This document shows, piece by piece, positions 36,901 through 47,200 of a stretch of 64,000 bases of DNA; position 1 is the first letter of the stretch; each line of letters opens with the position of its first letter. The notes below the pieces were generated by a model. The model was not told the origin of the DNA and ran no database searches. It saw only the letters and a list, made by a program, of their open reading frames with translations. The DNA is from Halocafeteria seosinensis (lineage: Eukaryota). The DNA is taken from contig LVLI01000175.1 in the NCBI GenBank assembly GCA_001687465.1, positions 1 to 64,000 on the forward strand, written 5' to 3'. Made by a program: the position numbers and the translations under genes.

Positions 36901-37988
36901 TTGGCATAATCTGTACTTTTAAAGGAGAGGAGTGCCAAACCGAGGTACATTCCACGGTCGATATATCCCAAATGGCGCACAAGACCCAGAATGAGGCTAG
37001 TTTAGCTGAGTCCGACTGGTGTTATCACGTAGCCATTGCTAGGGCTCTCCGTGGGGGCCACATCTGGGAAGCAGGAAGATTGGCGGGTAAGCGGAGCCCG
37101 AGAGAGGTACATTCTAGTGTTGACGTATTGGGTAGGCTGGTGAGGCTCCACGTAGACGGTAATACTTCTGAAATGAATGGGGTTACTCTCGGTGAACTAG
37201 CATATGACGGATCTCGCAATGCAGTGTCTACTGCAAATATGTGTTTGGAGATCGCTGCATATAATAGAGCATATGACCTCTACTGGAATATTTTGGAAAG
37301 GATGGGACAGTGTGGGAGGACAAGTGTCTCCGAGAATGCTTTACACGGGCTGATGGTATCTGCAAGTGAGGGTAACATCCCGTTAAGGGCCGCAATGAAA
37401 GCATGTAGACTAAGCCTGGACTCGAAAAAGGGTTTAACTCCGGAATTCTCTTGGAATTTCAGTAACCTTCTGATGGCATGCTTCCGACAGCTTTATGAGT
37501 ATGGGATTCCCGAAATTTCGGTATCGGAGTCGCTACGAGGTGAAGACACGGTGCTAAACGACGTTGATCGTATGTTGGGTATGCCTCTTTCGGTGAGTGG
37601 AAATGGCATCCGAAATGTTTCACCTGTATCCAAAGATCCGGCTGAAGTGTATCGTTCCTTGAGTGTCGCTGACCGTTTGGACTTGTCAGAGAACCTGCTA
37701 TGGAAAATGGCGATATTACTCTATCATGTAAATAGTTGTGACTCTTCAGTGTGGGATAAATTACTACGCAGTGCGTGCAACTTGGCACCTCCCCAGCGTG
37801 TTTCCGAAGCGTTAGATACCCTCATGAAAGAGGGTTATCACCCGTCAGAACACTTACTGAAGCAAATGGAAATACTCTTTGTGCGTAACGGGCTCTACGA
37901 CGAGGCTTGTTTCGTCGACGCACAACGCACAGGGCGCATGGCTGACGAACGTAACCAACAAAAGGACCAAGTTTTGACCGATAACTAA
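33912..37988 (+). CDS. Pentatricopeptide-repeat (PPR) protein, probable mitochondrial presequence, single exon
   Basis: VYRTLVAQGVEPDEVTFNTMMSIASK, ACCNALLDAFGR..WMEKASIQKDRSTFKYVIRYFIRRGQ, VWDKLLRSAC..LDTLMKEGYHPS. The N-terminus is Arg/Ser-rich and acid-poor. Confidence 0.85.
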   Translation: MVTGILWRHPRLSCALYKPGTRHVSAVPPISAIYQSPVTHASATATSASRQHNDKKPKGRMRRYAVHRKGNFSPSSNRPQVASSQTNAFPAYTQDYGISGSPSTVSSAVHAGIQLDKESLMRLSNREAYRVLEDLTANRIRTKLDGDTYEAMCEICCRLAQSDSKGGFTISWSESREKILSILHIADSNFDRQTGTIIPVLAAASRLCAERGDLLAVVRIFNRAGPQGIYFCNVLFHGIAKAIRRSKATLVGQDVEELRRLCKMLQKGDVAERNSNGWPIRLSFPAAKDLLGALAQKTSTDPSLLAGLWMDSIALLEPKYATTRTLNEVLNYLKTYCIESRRKGALLSHNGPASSVYRTLVAQGVEPDEVTFNTMMSIASKEQSITSALTSLAAAKEKGFGVSSRMITSLMTLFLQEDDYIPLFRLYQIAVSCGAWDDGLNFRFIAGPLRRNRIDVSLSALRVASICSYLNTYGELPPTVDQEHIQLKREELIQEVEKKEKQKRYAEYLRDLGSKSKENDYIDEMMARADAELAKAHRQMKEYIPSVVKCVKSAKDVSDKYTDDIIALVEEVAQDDSQTGEADTAEYPVRDGTTALSSSDATFLNELDSMLQHALCAPVTFAGDTACCNALLDAFGRFSVPQNQFNKLLQWMEKASIQKDRSTFKYVIRYFIRRGQESVAVDYLQRAHQDGHCDNELASTTLNILFRLGKTVSCLDVLGRAIPLDTEVRRRYSGWLLAKILRTIISEETHEEMPFEMLDRTCNIIASDAEKEFAQSGIIAVNKELGESFTRCLLHSVLRRDGCLSCEIYERLQAIYSRLGIKNKLQYFRPYVTDAIVADVHKICNCHVIDTRSVEHLERLLQFFAEFSPGQDAQSIEKQVYISQSVDVLQRLLDTGGKCSEVFSSSISASTTEILNNSLKLAVIHDFHGVQPKQRLRSLINFSAGAVPSTAPYTIADVVSPQFSELVDVTGKWLTAQQGQQHEGDYSDTLSEIRKSLGIICTFKGEECQTEVHSTVDISQMAHKTQNEASLAESDWCYHVAIARALRGGHIWEAGRLAGKRSPREVHSSVDVLGRLVRLHVDGNTSEMNGVTLGELAYDGSRNAVSTANMCLEIAAYNRAYDLYWNILERMGQCGRTSVSENALHGLMVSASEGNIPLRAAMKACRLSLDSKKGLTPEFSWNFSNLLMACFRQLYEYGIPEISVSESLRGEDTVLNDVDRMLGMPLSVSGNGIRNVSPVSKDPAEVYRSLSVADRLDLSENLLWKMAILLYHVNSCDSSVWDKLLRSACNLAPPQRVSEALDTLMKEGYHPSEHLLKQMEILFVRNGLYDEACFVDAQRTGRMADERNQQKDQVLTDN

Positions 37989-38064
37989 AGTGTATTGCTG
38001 ATAATATACCAATGAAACTGTCCTAGGATCTATGTAAACTTCAGGGTTTCGTTACGTTAATCTC

Positions 38065-38676
38065 TCAGTTCTTCGATATCGGCCGGATGGCAAAGCTTTT
38101 ATCAGAACCCGTTTCGCCTGTAATACATTCACATGAGCGCAAATTGTAACGTTCAATCTCTGGATGCATTCGATCATTTATTTTCAACTTATACGTACGA
38201 GCTTCTACTTGCTGTTGATGCGTGGCGTCGTATCCTCTATCGTTATAAGCCGGAGCCGGAGCGCCCTGTTGCATCAGATAACCATTTCCACATATACAAG
38301 AATCGAGGCAGACCACCATTTTCTTACCTCTAATTGATCCCATGAAAAGTCTGTCGACAATAATCTCCTTTCCCCTGTTTGCATATAGCGCCTTTTCCGG
38401 TAATCATGGATGTCCATGTAATCCCAATGGGCTAAGTATCGGTCGTTCTGCACCCCGTTAGGCACTACATATTCCGGATTTAAGGGTTACAGCTACAAGA
38501 AAAGTGATTTGGCATACCTGCTCCATCCTCTGCTTGGTTTCTTGCCATCGTTTTTCGTCCATATAAGGCTGAATAACACCATGAGCGATGCGCTCTAGGA
38601 CAAACGCCCCTCCGGCGTACAAGAAAAACTTGACTGGACCCGGAGGACGGTTTAATGTCTTCCAAAATTCAGACAT
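38065..38676 (-). CDS. Small hypothetical protein with one hydrophobic segment, 3 exons
   Basis: MSEFWKTLNRPPGPVKFFLYAGGAFVLERIAHG..|..NDRYLAHWDYMDIHDYRKRRY..|GAPAPAYNDRGY.. joined by GT-AG introns. Confidence 0.65.
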
Positions 38677-39242
38677 CTTTTCTACTAACAAAAGAATGTA
38701 CAACCTAAGCAAGTCACACGGCTTGCACTATCATCCACGACGAAATGGGGCCTTATGCGGTCCCGTTTGCTGGATGAACTCGAAACACAGCAAACAAAAG
38801 TTGGAGTTTCTATCAAGAACATTACAACCCCGTCAAAAGCAGGCAGTTTTCACTCTTGCTTTGTTAAAAAAAATTTGTATATACATTTAATTTGAACGAG
38901 TTGATTGTTTATTGATATTAATAAAATGGGCTTACCTTGCTAGTCCGGACAAGCTCTACAAAATTGCCTCAGATGAGATGAGCTCTACCAACTGTGAAAA
39001 GTGTATGTAGTTGAGTAACTCCCTCTCTCCTTTGGGACTTGTTTTGCATGGTTAGGGGAAGTTTTCTTCCCCATATCCGTCGGTATACTGTTTGTGGGTT
39101 CGCTGTCACATATGTGTGTGTGTTTCGCTTGTGTGTGCGAGATGCTACGAGTTGTGTAGTCGCGACTTAAAGCAAACCGAATAAAAGACAGAGAACAACA
39201 GTAAAGAAATAAGCTTGAGAGGTGAGAAAGAAGTAAACATCT

Positions 39243-39888
39243 TCATAGCGAACGATTGGGGTTGAATTGTGGTGCAGTCGTCTTCTGCGAGGATGTTCCA
39301 AAAGCTGGCGCTACATTGACATGCTGTCACGGACCATTAAGGGCACATACCGTAGATAGTGGCTGCATTTTGAGCCACTTCGTCTCTGCAGTCATCTGTC
39401 AGGCCCTTGACCACTATGCCGCCTCTTCCAGTGGCGTTATTGGCTTGGTCGAATTCGATCAACATGCACAGCAATACTGGTGTTCCACTGGGATCCATGA
39501 ATCCTAGGTATCCAAAACTCTCGTTTGTAGTAAGCACCCCAGAATCACTGTAATTCCAAATGGATATAGTGATATACTTTCAAACGCTTGGAGTATATGT
39601 AGCCTCACATCAGTTCTCCTCCCATACACTCGTATGCCACATCGTTCCCCCAGCAGCGTCCAATGTACCCGTCGTTGTAAGGACAGTTATCAGCACTAAC
39701 GAACTGTGAAAACGCCCGGGAGCGGTATATAGTCCATTGTTTCCTGAATCAATAAAACAAATGGCCCATTCTATGTGGGTTTCGACGCCGATCGATGGAA
39801 GCACTCACTGTAAATCTCCGATACCGTAGGTCGTCGGTACCGACAGAGCCGCAAACGCCAAGAAGAGTGTAAAGTACTTCGTAACCAT
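39243..39888 (-). CDS. Small secreted Cys-containing hypothetical protein, 4 exons
   Basis: Signal-like MVTKYFTLFLAFAALSVP. In-frame splicing gives ..DNCPYNDGYIGRCWGNDVAYECMGG..FGYLGFMDPSGTPVLLCMLIEF..PNRSL*. Confidence 0.55.
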
Positions 39889-40570
39889 CTTTGGGCCCTA
39901 TTTTCACGATTTAGTGTTCTATACGGATCAAACACCGTTAGAAAGAAGCATACCTTACAATGCCGTTTAATGCTAGCATACCGTCAGCACCCTGATCCTG
40001 GGAACACCTTGAAGAACAGCACGTCCCAGGTGCAGGGCACTTCACTTCACACTGGTTAAGTGGAGCAGCGAGGCATTGGCAATTTGGCATGGAATAGAGA
40101 GATCTTATTCATTCTCAAGTATGGGATTGTAGTGGTTCTAGCACTGCAATGTCTAAAGTGTGTACGTAAACTTCAGCTACCGGGCACTGCAGTGAGCAGT
40201 GCGGCACAATACAGAGAAGCAAACCGACGGAAAAAATATGCAAGCGTCACGCTTGTGCCCATCTTTGCCATTTTTTTTTCAGTATTCCAGTCCAAACCAT
40301 GATGCAAATGCCATCCTTCACAAACCCACCACGAGGTTCACAAACCCTCTTGATGCGGAAAAGACGGGAAGGGAGTCCCCAGCACAAAAAGGGTGGGGGT
40401 AACTAAACCCCCCCTTGGCTCCCCAGGGAAGTGGTAACAGGGGGATGGCCTTGGCAAATTGCTTCCTTAAGCTTATTACCCTTTTTATCCAGTATGTATT
40501 GATACCAAGGAAACGCTGCAGCGCGTATTTGTTGGGTCCATCGGATATTTTTACATTCACCTAAGCAACA

Positions 40571-41667
40571 ATGAGGTAAGTCACTCCCACGCAAGCCTGA
40601 AGCTGTTGAGCGAAGAGGCCTTCCGGTCTGGCACTATTTGATGGATTTTGTGGCTATTCGCTGCTTGCTAGCGGTATATGTGGACCTATATTCGACATAT
40701 CGGTATAAAACAAGTCAAATGGGTGCCTTGAGGGAAGTGAAAGCTCGTAGGAAAACAGCCTGTAGCTGGGAAGCACTTCTCAAAGGGACGACTGACTGAC
40801 ACGGAGTGGGCTTGTATGCCGTGCATTAGTCCATCAGTCCTTTATATGTCACGTTGATACCTTTTAGGTGATGAATTCTTACAATGACTTCTCTTTTGCT
40901 TTGCAGTAAGCTTTCTCACGAACTTTTGGATCAGAGCATCCAGAAAATCTTGGCCTTCTCCAGAGGGGAAGACATTGAATACAATGGAGAGACCAAAAAA
41001 GGAAAAAAGCGTAATTTCCTTGAAACCATAGAGCTGCAGATCAGTCTCAAAAACTACGATCCTACCAAAGACAAACGTTTTAACGGAAGCGTGCGCTTGC
41101 CATTCATTCCTCGTCCGTCGATGAAGGTGTGTGTCCTTGGTAACGAGGACCACTGTCAAGATGCCAGAAATCTGGGTGTTGACTGCATGTCTGTGGATGA
41201 CCTCAAGAAGCTGAACAAGGTGTGTAAAAGCAAAATTCTTAAGCCAGTTTTATTTGCAGCGACTTCAATATTTTACATTGGTCCGCTCCTTACAGAACAA
41301 AAAGCTCGTAAAGAAGCTAGCGAAGAAGTACGATGCGTTCTTGGCCTCCCACACCCTCATCAAACAGATCCCACGTCTTCTTGGACCGGGTTTGAACCGT
41401 GCCGGAAAGTTCCCCACTCTTATTGCTGCCACCGATAAGGTCCAAGACAAGGTCGAAGAAGTCCGAAGCACTGTCAAGTTCCAGATGAAGAAAGTCTTGT
41501 GTCTGAACGCCGCTGTTGGTAACGCCAACTTAACCGAGGATCAGTTGAAGCAAAATGTCGTCCTTGGAGTTAACTTCCTGGTATCTCTTTTGAAGAAGAA
41601 CTGGCAAAACGTGAAAGCGCTTTACTTGAAATCCACCATGGGACCATCGTTCCAGATCTACTATTAG
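40571..41667 (+). CDS. RPL10A: 60S ribosomal protein uL1 (L10a), 3 exons
   Basis: Exon 1 is ATGAG|gtaagt at 40571-40575, intron 40576-40906, then [65 protein letters not shown]. Confidence 0.98.
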
Positions 41668-42777
41668 ATTTCTTTTGGATGACCATCCTACTTTACCATC
41701 TGAAATGATGGGAGTGTTGAAAGCTTACTCTTTAGCGCTGCAGCCAATGTAAGAGAATCCTATCTCCGACATTTACCAAGGGAAAATATACAATACAGAA
41801 TCAACATTAGGCTAGATTAACGAGCATGTGGCCATACAGAGCACATTGTGTGTACGAGTCTAGGGGGGCGCCGACGTTTAGGCAACGAACGAGAGAGCTT
41901 CATGATAGTGTTTCCTCAACAATTCATAATTTTCTATGAACTCCGTTAATTTTCGCGAGAGAATGTCAAGATACGCAGAAGATAGATCGCTTCTTCTACA
42001 GGATCGAATATAGTTCACCCAACAACCCCTAATGCGTACTTAACCGTACAGCAACAACAAAGGTGTGGGGGAAAGCTTAGTTAGTTAGTTACAGCTTAAG
42101 AGAAGGGTATTTCTTAGTGAAATCATTGTCAGCCCGGAATTCCGTGTTCCACCGTGCAACTTTATCCCGTTCGCCGACGGCGTTCGGTCTTCGCCCCCGC
42201 TGGGGCAACAGTAGTAGTTACTAAGTAGTGAGCGTAGGTTCAGCTCCTTGGCGATCACAAGTCAACCGCAGATCGGAATTTGTAATATGCGAATTGATCA
42301 CTAAATATGTACTCATATATGGTCAGTTGCGAGTATATAAACACTCCGAGGAGTGTGACGACGATCCTGATGGGCGCCTCCCCGAGTGGATCAGCGTTTG
42401 GTTGGCCAGTAAGGTGACGACGCTAAGGGAATATCAGGAATTGGTGTTTGCTCTCAGTATCCAATGGAGAAATTCTCTATTGCATCTGCGGAATTAGGAA
42501 TCAAGTGAACGACAGGCTTTCTTGCAACTGTCGACGGTGGATGCGTTCACGGCCGCGAAAATCAGGCCTTCGCACAAACGTTGAGGATACATCTACACTT
42601 TGGACACGATTAATATCGAGGGCATAACAGCGTTCATCGTTCGTTATTTCAGTGTAGAGCAGGCCTGGAATAGACTGATGTCTGATCCGAGAAGGTCTCA
42701 GCAGGCTGAGTTGAAGGTGTTAGCTAAGTCACATGTGACTTAAAGGGCACTCGCATCCTTTCCTCACGTACTACACA

Positions 42778-43724
42778 CTACGTGTTGCTCACATCAATAT
42801 CTGCTGTTTCCAGATCCTTACCATTGCTGTCTAATAAGGCCTGTGCTCGATCGAGTATGCGTTCTTGAGGTGGCTGAATATTAATCAGGGGACGGTGTTT
42901 CTTCATCTCTTCGAACGCGTCCCTCCAGTTCACTTGAACTCCTTGTATCACCATCATGAGCGCCGCTAAGGACGATGAACGTCCATGCCCGTTGGCGCAA
43001 TGAATATAGAAAATGTTATCCTCTCGCATGTTGCACAGTCTTTGTGCGAGATTTGTCAACTGCTTTGGTGGAGGCATGGTGCAGTCTAGAGCAGTAAGCA
43101 GGAAGTATTCACGACCTTTCACCACCTCTTTATCTTGTCCAAACTCTGCAGTAAGATCAACAACGACCGTTGCTTCTTGTGGAAACTCTTGCGGATATTT
43201 CATGCAATAGCGTCCGACATAGATGTTTGGACTAATCTGTGGACACAATGTGGCGGCGATGAGAGTCCGTCGGTAAGTTCCTACGGTAGAAATATCCATA
43301 CGCATCGAAAGCCATACCTTGTCATAAGGATTCTCCTTAAGAATGAACTTATGCCTTGTCCACCATATCGCTCTCATAGGGAATAAGTACGGAAGGAGTA
43401 CAATTTTCCGCCACATCGGAATGTGACCGTCATGGCTGCTCTTGCCAAATAACCAAGACCCACTGCGCATTGTAGCCCGGACAGATTAACAAAGAGATAT
43501 AGGTCATCTGCGAAAATGCGACAGGAAGATGGTGCGACTACTTACTCATTCAAAGTGTATACGTATGTTATAACGGCGTAAACGATGATCGGCCACAGTA
43601 GTATCCAAGCCACATGGCCTTTAGAGTTGCCATCAGAGACAGTTCCACCGATGATACCCGCCATAAGCGCTAGCAATATGACTGCGACAGTCCCATATAT
43701 GATAACCATACGTATATTCCCCAT
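42778..43724 (-). CDS. YnbD-like dual-specificity phosphatase with N-terminal transmembrane helices, multi-exon
   Basis: Catalytic CX5R motif HCANGHGRS, VVDLTAEF, LDCTMP and LFGK..DGHIP.W..IVLLPY, plus two hydrophobic helices in exon 1. Confidence 0.85.
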
Positions 43725-44237
43725 CTTTGCTGTTGCTCGAAACAAAGGAAGCCCGGTAAGCGCGAGGATTGTCTCCAGATAAGGAAAGTTCCATGTGCAG
43801 TCAATGGAAATGTGCCACGACACAATCTATGGGTGAAAAATAAACATTAAGACCCACAGACAGACAAACCTCCAATACAAACAATGGTACCACCACTATA
43901 TCCACCACGAAGTTCCCAGTACATGTAGCGAGATGGCAATTCAACTTGCGATTATCGTCATGACTTCTTCATGATAAGACACTACCCACGTGGTGCGGCA
44001 TAAAGAAAGAAATAAGTAGGTGCTTTAGAAGAGCTAACTTCTCAACGCCATTGGGAGAATACCACACACACACACCGCATCGTTGGAAGGAATGTGAAGC
44101 AGTGTGCCGCGTGTTATACGGTATAACACCCCAGATCATTGTTCCGGAGGTATGGTCATTTACCACAACGGACAACAAATACATGACCAGCTGACCTGTA
44201 TCTATTCTAAAGAAGCTGTGGTATATGGAAACAAATA

Positions 44238-47200
44238 ATGAGCGCATCTCTCCAAGGCCGAGGCTTTCGGTTCTCCATCGATCGTGGAGGGACGTTCACG
44301 GATGTTTACGCGGATATACCCGTAAAAGACTCCTCTCCGAACAATGATGATGGTGTGCAGTATAAGCACAGAGTAATGAAGCTCCTCTCTGTTGACCCCG
44401 ACAACTATGAAGATGCTCCTCGAGAAGCCATTCGCAGGATTCTCGAGCAGGAGACGGGAGAACGGATTCCCAAGGACATGCCAATTCCAACCAAGGACAT
44501 TGAGCGCATTCGAATGGGAACTACTGTCGCGACGAATGCTCTTTTGGAACGTAAAGGGGAACGATGCGCTTTTCTTGTAACCAGCGGATTCGCCGATATC
44601 TTGCACATTGGAAATCAATCGCGCCCAGAGATCTTTGACCTCGAAATTAAAATTCCCGGCCTTCTTTACGAAGAAGTCGTAGAGGTTGACGAACGGGTTA
44701 TGCTAATGGATGCCCCTCATGCTGAAGACGACGTGGCGCAGGTATCCGAGAAGGAAGGCGATTCCACGCTTGGGGAGAGGCAAACTAGAGGAGTGACGAA
44801 TCAACGGGTTCTGGTAAGGAAGTCTCCCGACAGAAACGTTGTGGAACAGCAACTAAAGGCATTGTTAAATAAAGGAATTCGCAGTATTGCGGTTGCATTC
44901 ATGCATTCTTACACGTATCCGGAGCATGAAATGCTCGTGGGACAAATTGCCAGAGAGCTTGGTTTCAAACAAATATCCTTGTCTCATGAAGTAATGCCAA
45001 TGGTGAAAATAGTTCCTCGGGGCTTTACATCGTGTGCCGATGCATATTTGAGCCCGGTAATACGAGATTATATTGATTCCTTCTGCTCAGGTTTCGATGA
45101 CAGCATTGGCAACGTAGACCTTTCGTTCATGCAATCAGACGGTGGCCTTGCCCCTGTAACAAAATTCTCGGGACACAAAGCCATACTGTCTGGTCCGGCC
45201 GCAGGTGTTGTGGGATACGCGGAGACTACTCAGCAAATTGCACAGGACGCAATACGTGCTTCCAAGGAGGGATGGTTTTCACCCTCTCATCTTCCACCTC
45301 TAAAGGGAGGGGCAGCCTCGGAAAATATTTCTGACTGTGTATCGGTGGTTGGCTTCGATATGGGCGGAACTTCGACGGATGTATCTCGATTCGATGGTAA
45401 GTGTGCCGTTCTTCCTTGGGCTATAAGGTTCCAGAAAACACAACGTTTACTGCTCAATATGCAGGATCGTTCGAGCACGTGTTTGAGACGAATACCGCAG
45501 GTGTTACTATACAGGCTCCACAGCTAGATATTAACACTGTTGCAGCAGGAGGCGGTTCACGACTTTTCTTTCGTTCGGGGATGTTTGTTGTTGGACCGGA
45601 AAGTGCTGGCGCTCATCCGGGTCCTGTGTGCTATCGGAAAGGAGGACATCTAGCAGTCACCGATGCCAATTTACAGCTCGGTAGAATTCAGCCGCAACAC
45701 TTCCCAAAAATTTTTGGTCCCCGAGAGAATGAAGCTCTTGATGCTGAAGCTACACAAAAAGCGTTTGAGCGGCTGACTGAGGAAGTTAACAAGGAAGAAA
45801 ATGCTGATCTATCAGCAGACTACCCGAAGCATCGGAACGTTGACGATGTTGCATTCGGTTTTATTCAAGTAGCCAATGAAGCTATGTGTCGCCCAATTCG
45901 TGCGCTCACGCAGATGAAGGGGTACGATATATCCAAGCACTGTTTGGCTTGTTTTGGTGGAGCGGGAGGACAGCATGCATGTGCAATGGCAAAGTCATTG
46001 GGAGTCCGCAGTGTTGTCGTCCATCGGTATAGCGGAATACTTTCTGCTTATGGTCTTGCTCTTGCTGACGTCGTGAACGAGGAACAATCCCCATGTCACG
46101 CCATATTTGCAACACCAGCAGAGGAGGGATCCAAAGAACCCACTGAACGCGTTTCTTCTCAAACTCTGGATGAAATTGTCCCCAAACTCGTTGGAATATC
46201 CGAGTCTGCCATCAACAATATGAAGTCAAATTCTTTCGTGTCGGAAAGTATCGACTTGGAATTATTTCTAAACTTGCGATACTCAGGTACTGACAATGCT
46301 GTAAGTAAAACCTATTTGCAATTTCATAGTTAAGGCTCGCTAGCCCTCTTATACACCATTTTCTGCGATTGCAGATGATGACCAAGATACAATTCGGGAA
46401 TTCCAGAGAGCGTGTATCTGCTGTACAAGTTGAAAATGAAGATTTCTATAAGCAGTTGCGGCAACGCTTACCGAGTTGTGTAGATGTTTTTTCTACCCAA
46501 TACAAGCGGGAATATGGGTTTTCGCTACCAGACCGCAGTATCGAGGTGGATGATGTCCGCGTCCGAGTGATAGGTCGAAGCCCTATTAGGACCGCCTTAG
46601 AACTTGCACAATCTAACCCTGTGGCTTCTGAGCGACCAGCCCCATTGGAGTGTCAGAATGTATATTTTGAAGGGCAGAGGGTAAAAACCGCAGTCTATTC
46701 GATGCAGCACTTGCAACGAGGACACACAGTATCTGGCCCAGCCATTCTTATTGACAAAACTTCTACCACTGTGGTAGAGCCGCATTGCACAGCGTATGTG
46801 TTGGATGGCTGTGATATTTTCATTGCTATTGCGGATGACAGTGCAACTGCTGAATCTGAGCGAGCGGGCGGCGAAATACATTGCGATCCCATTCAACTGT
46901 CAATATTTGGCCATCGGTTCATGAGCATTGCGGAGCAGATGGGTAGAACTCTACAACGGACGTCAATTTCCGTTAACATTAAGGAGAGATTAGATTTTTC
47001 ATGCGCTATCTTTGGTCCCGATGGTGGCCTTGTGGCGAACGCTCCTCACATTCCTGTCCATCTTGGTGCCATGCAGGAAGCGATTAGATACCAAATGAAG
47101 CATTGGAACAACGCAGAAGACCCGCTCAAGCCTGGCGATGTTCTTGTTTCCAATCATCCCCAACTAGCTGGTGGAAGCCACCTTCCAGACATAACAGTGA

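Noticed and set aside
38975..39000. tRNA D-arm-like CAGTTGGTAGAGC on the minus strand
   Set aside because: No T-arm (GTTCRA) or acceptor stem at the proper spacing.
39970..40065. 5S rRNA-like words in order (CATACC, ACCCTGA, GCAGGG, CTGGTTA)
   Set aside because: The conserved loop C and helix IV/V sequences are missing and the spacing is off, so it is not called 5S. It is kept only as a generic ncRNA candidate.
40365..40450. RNase MRP-like GAGTCCCC motif
   Set aside because: No matching downstream GGGGCT (CR-V) partner.
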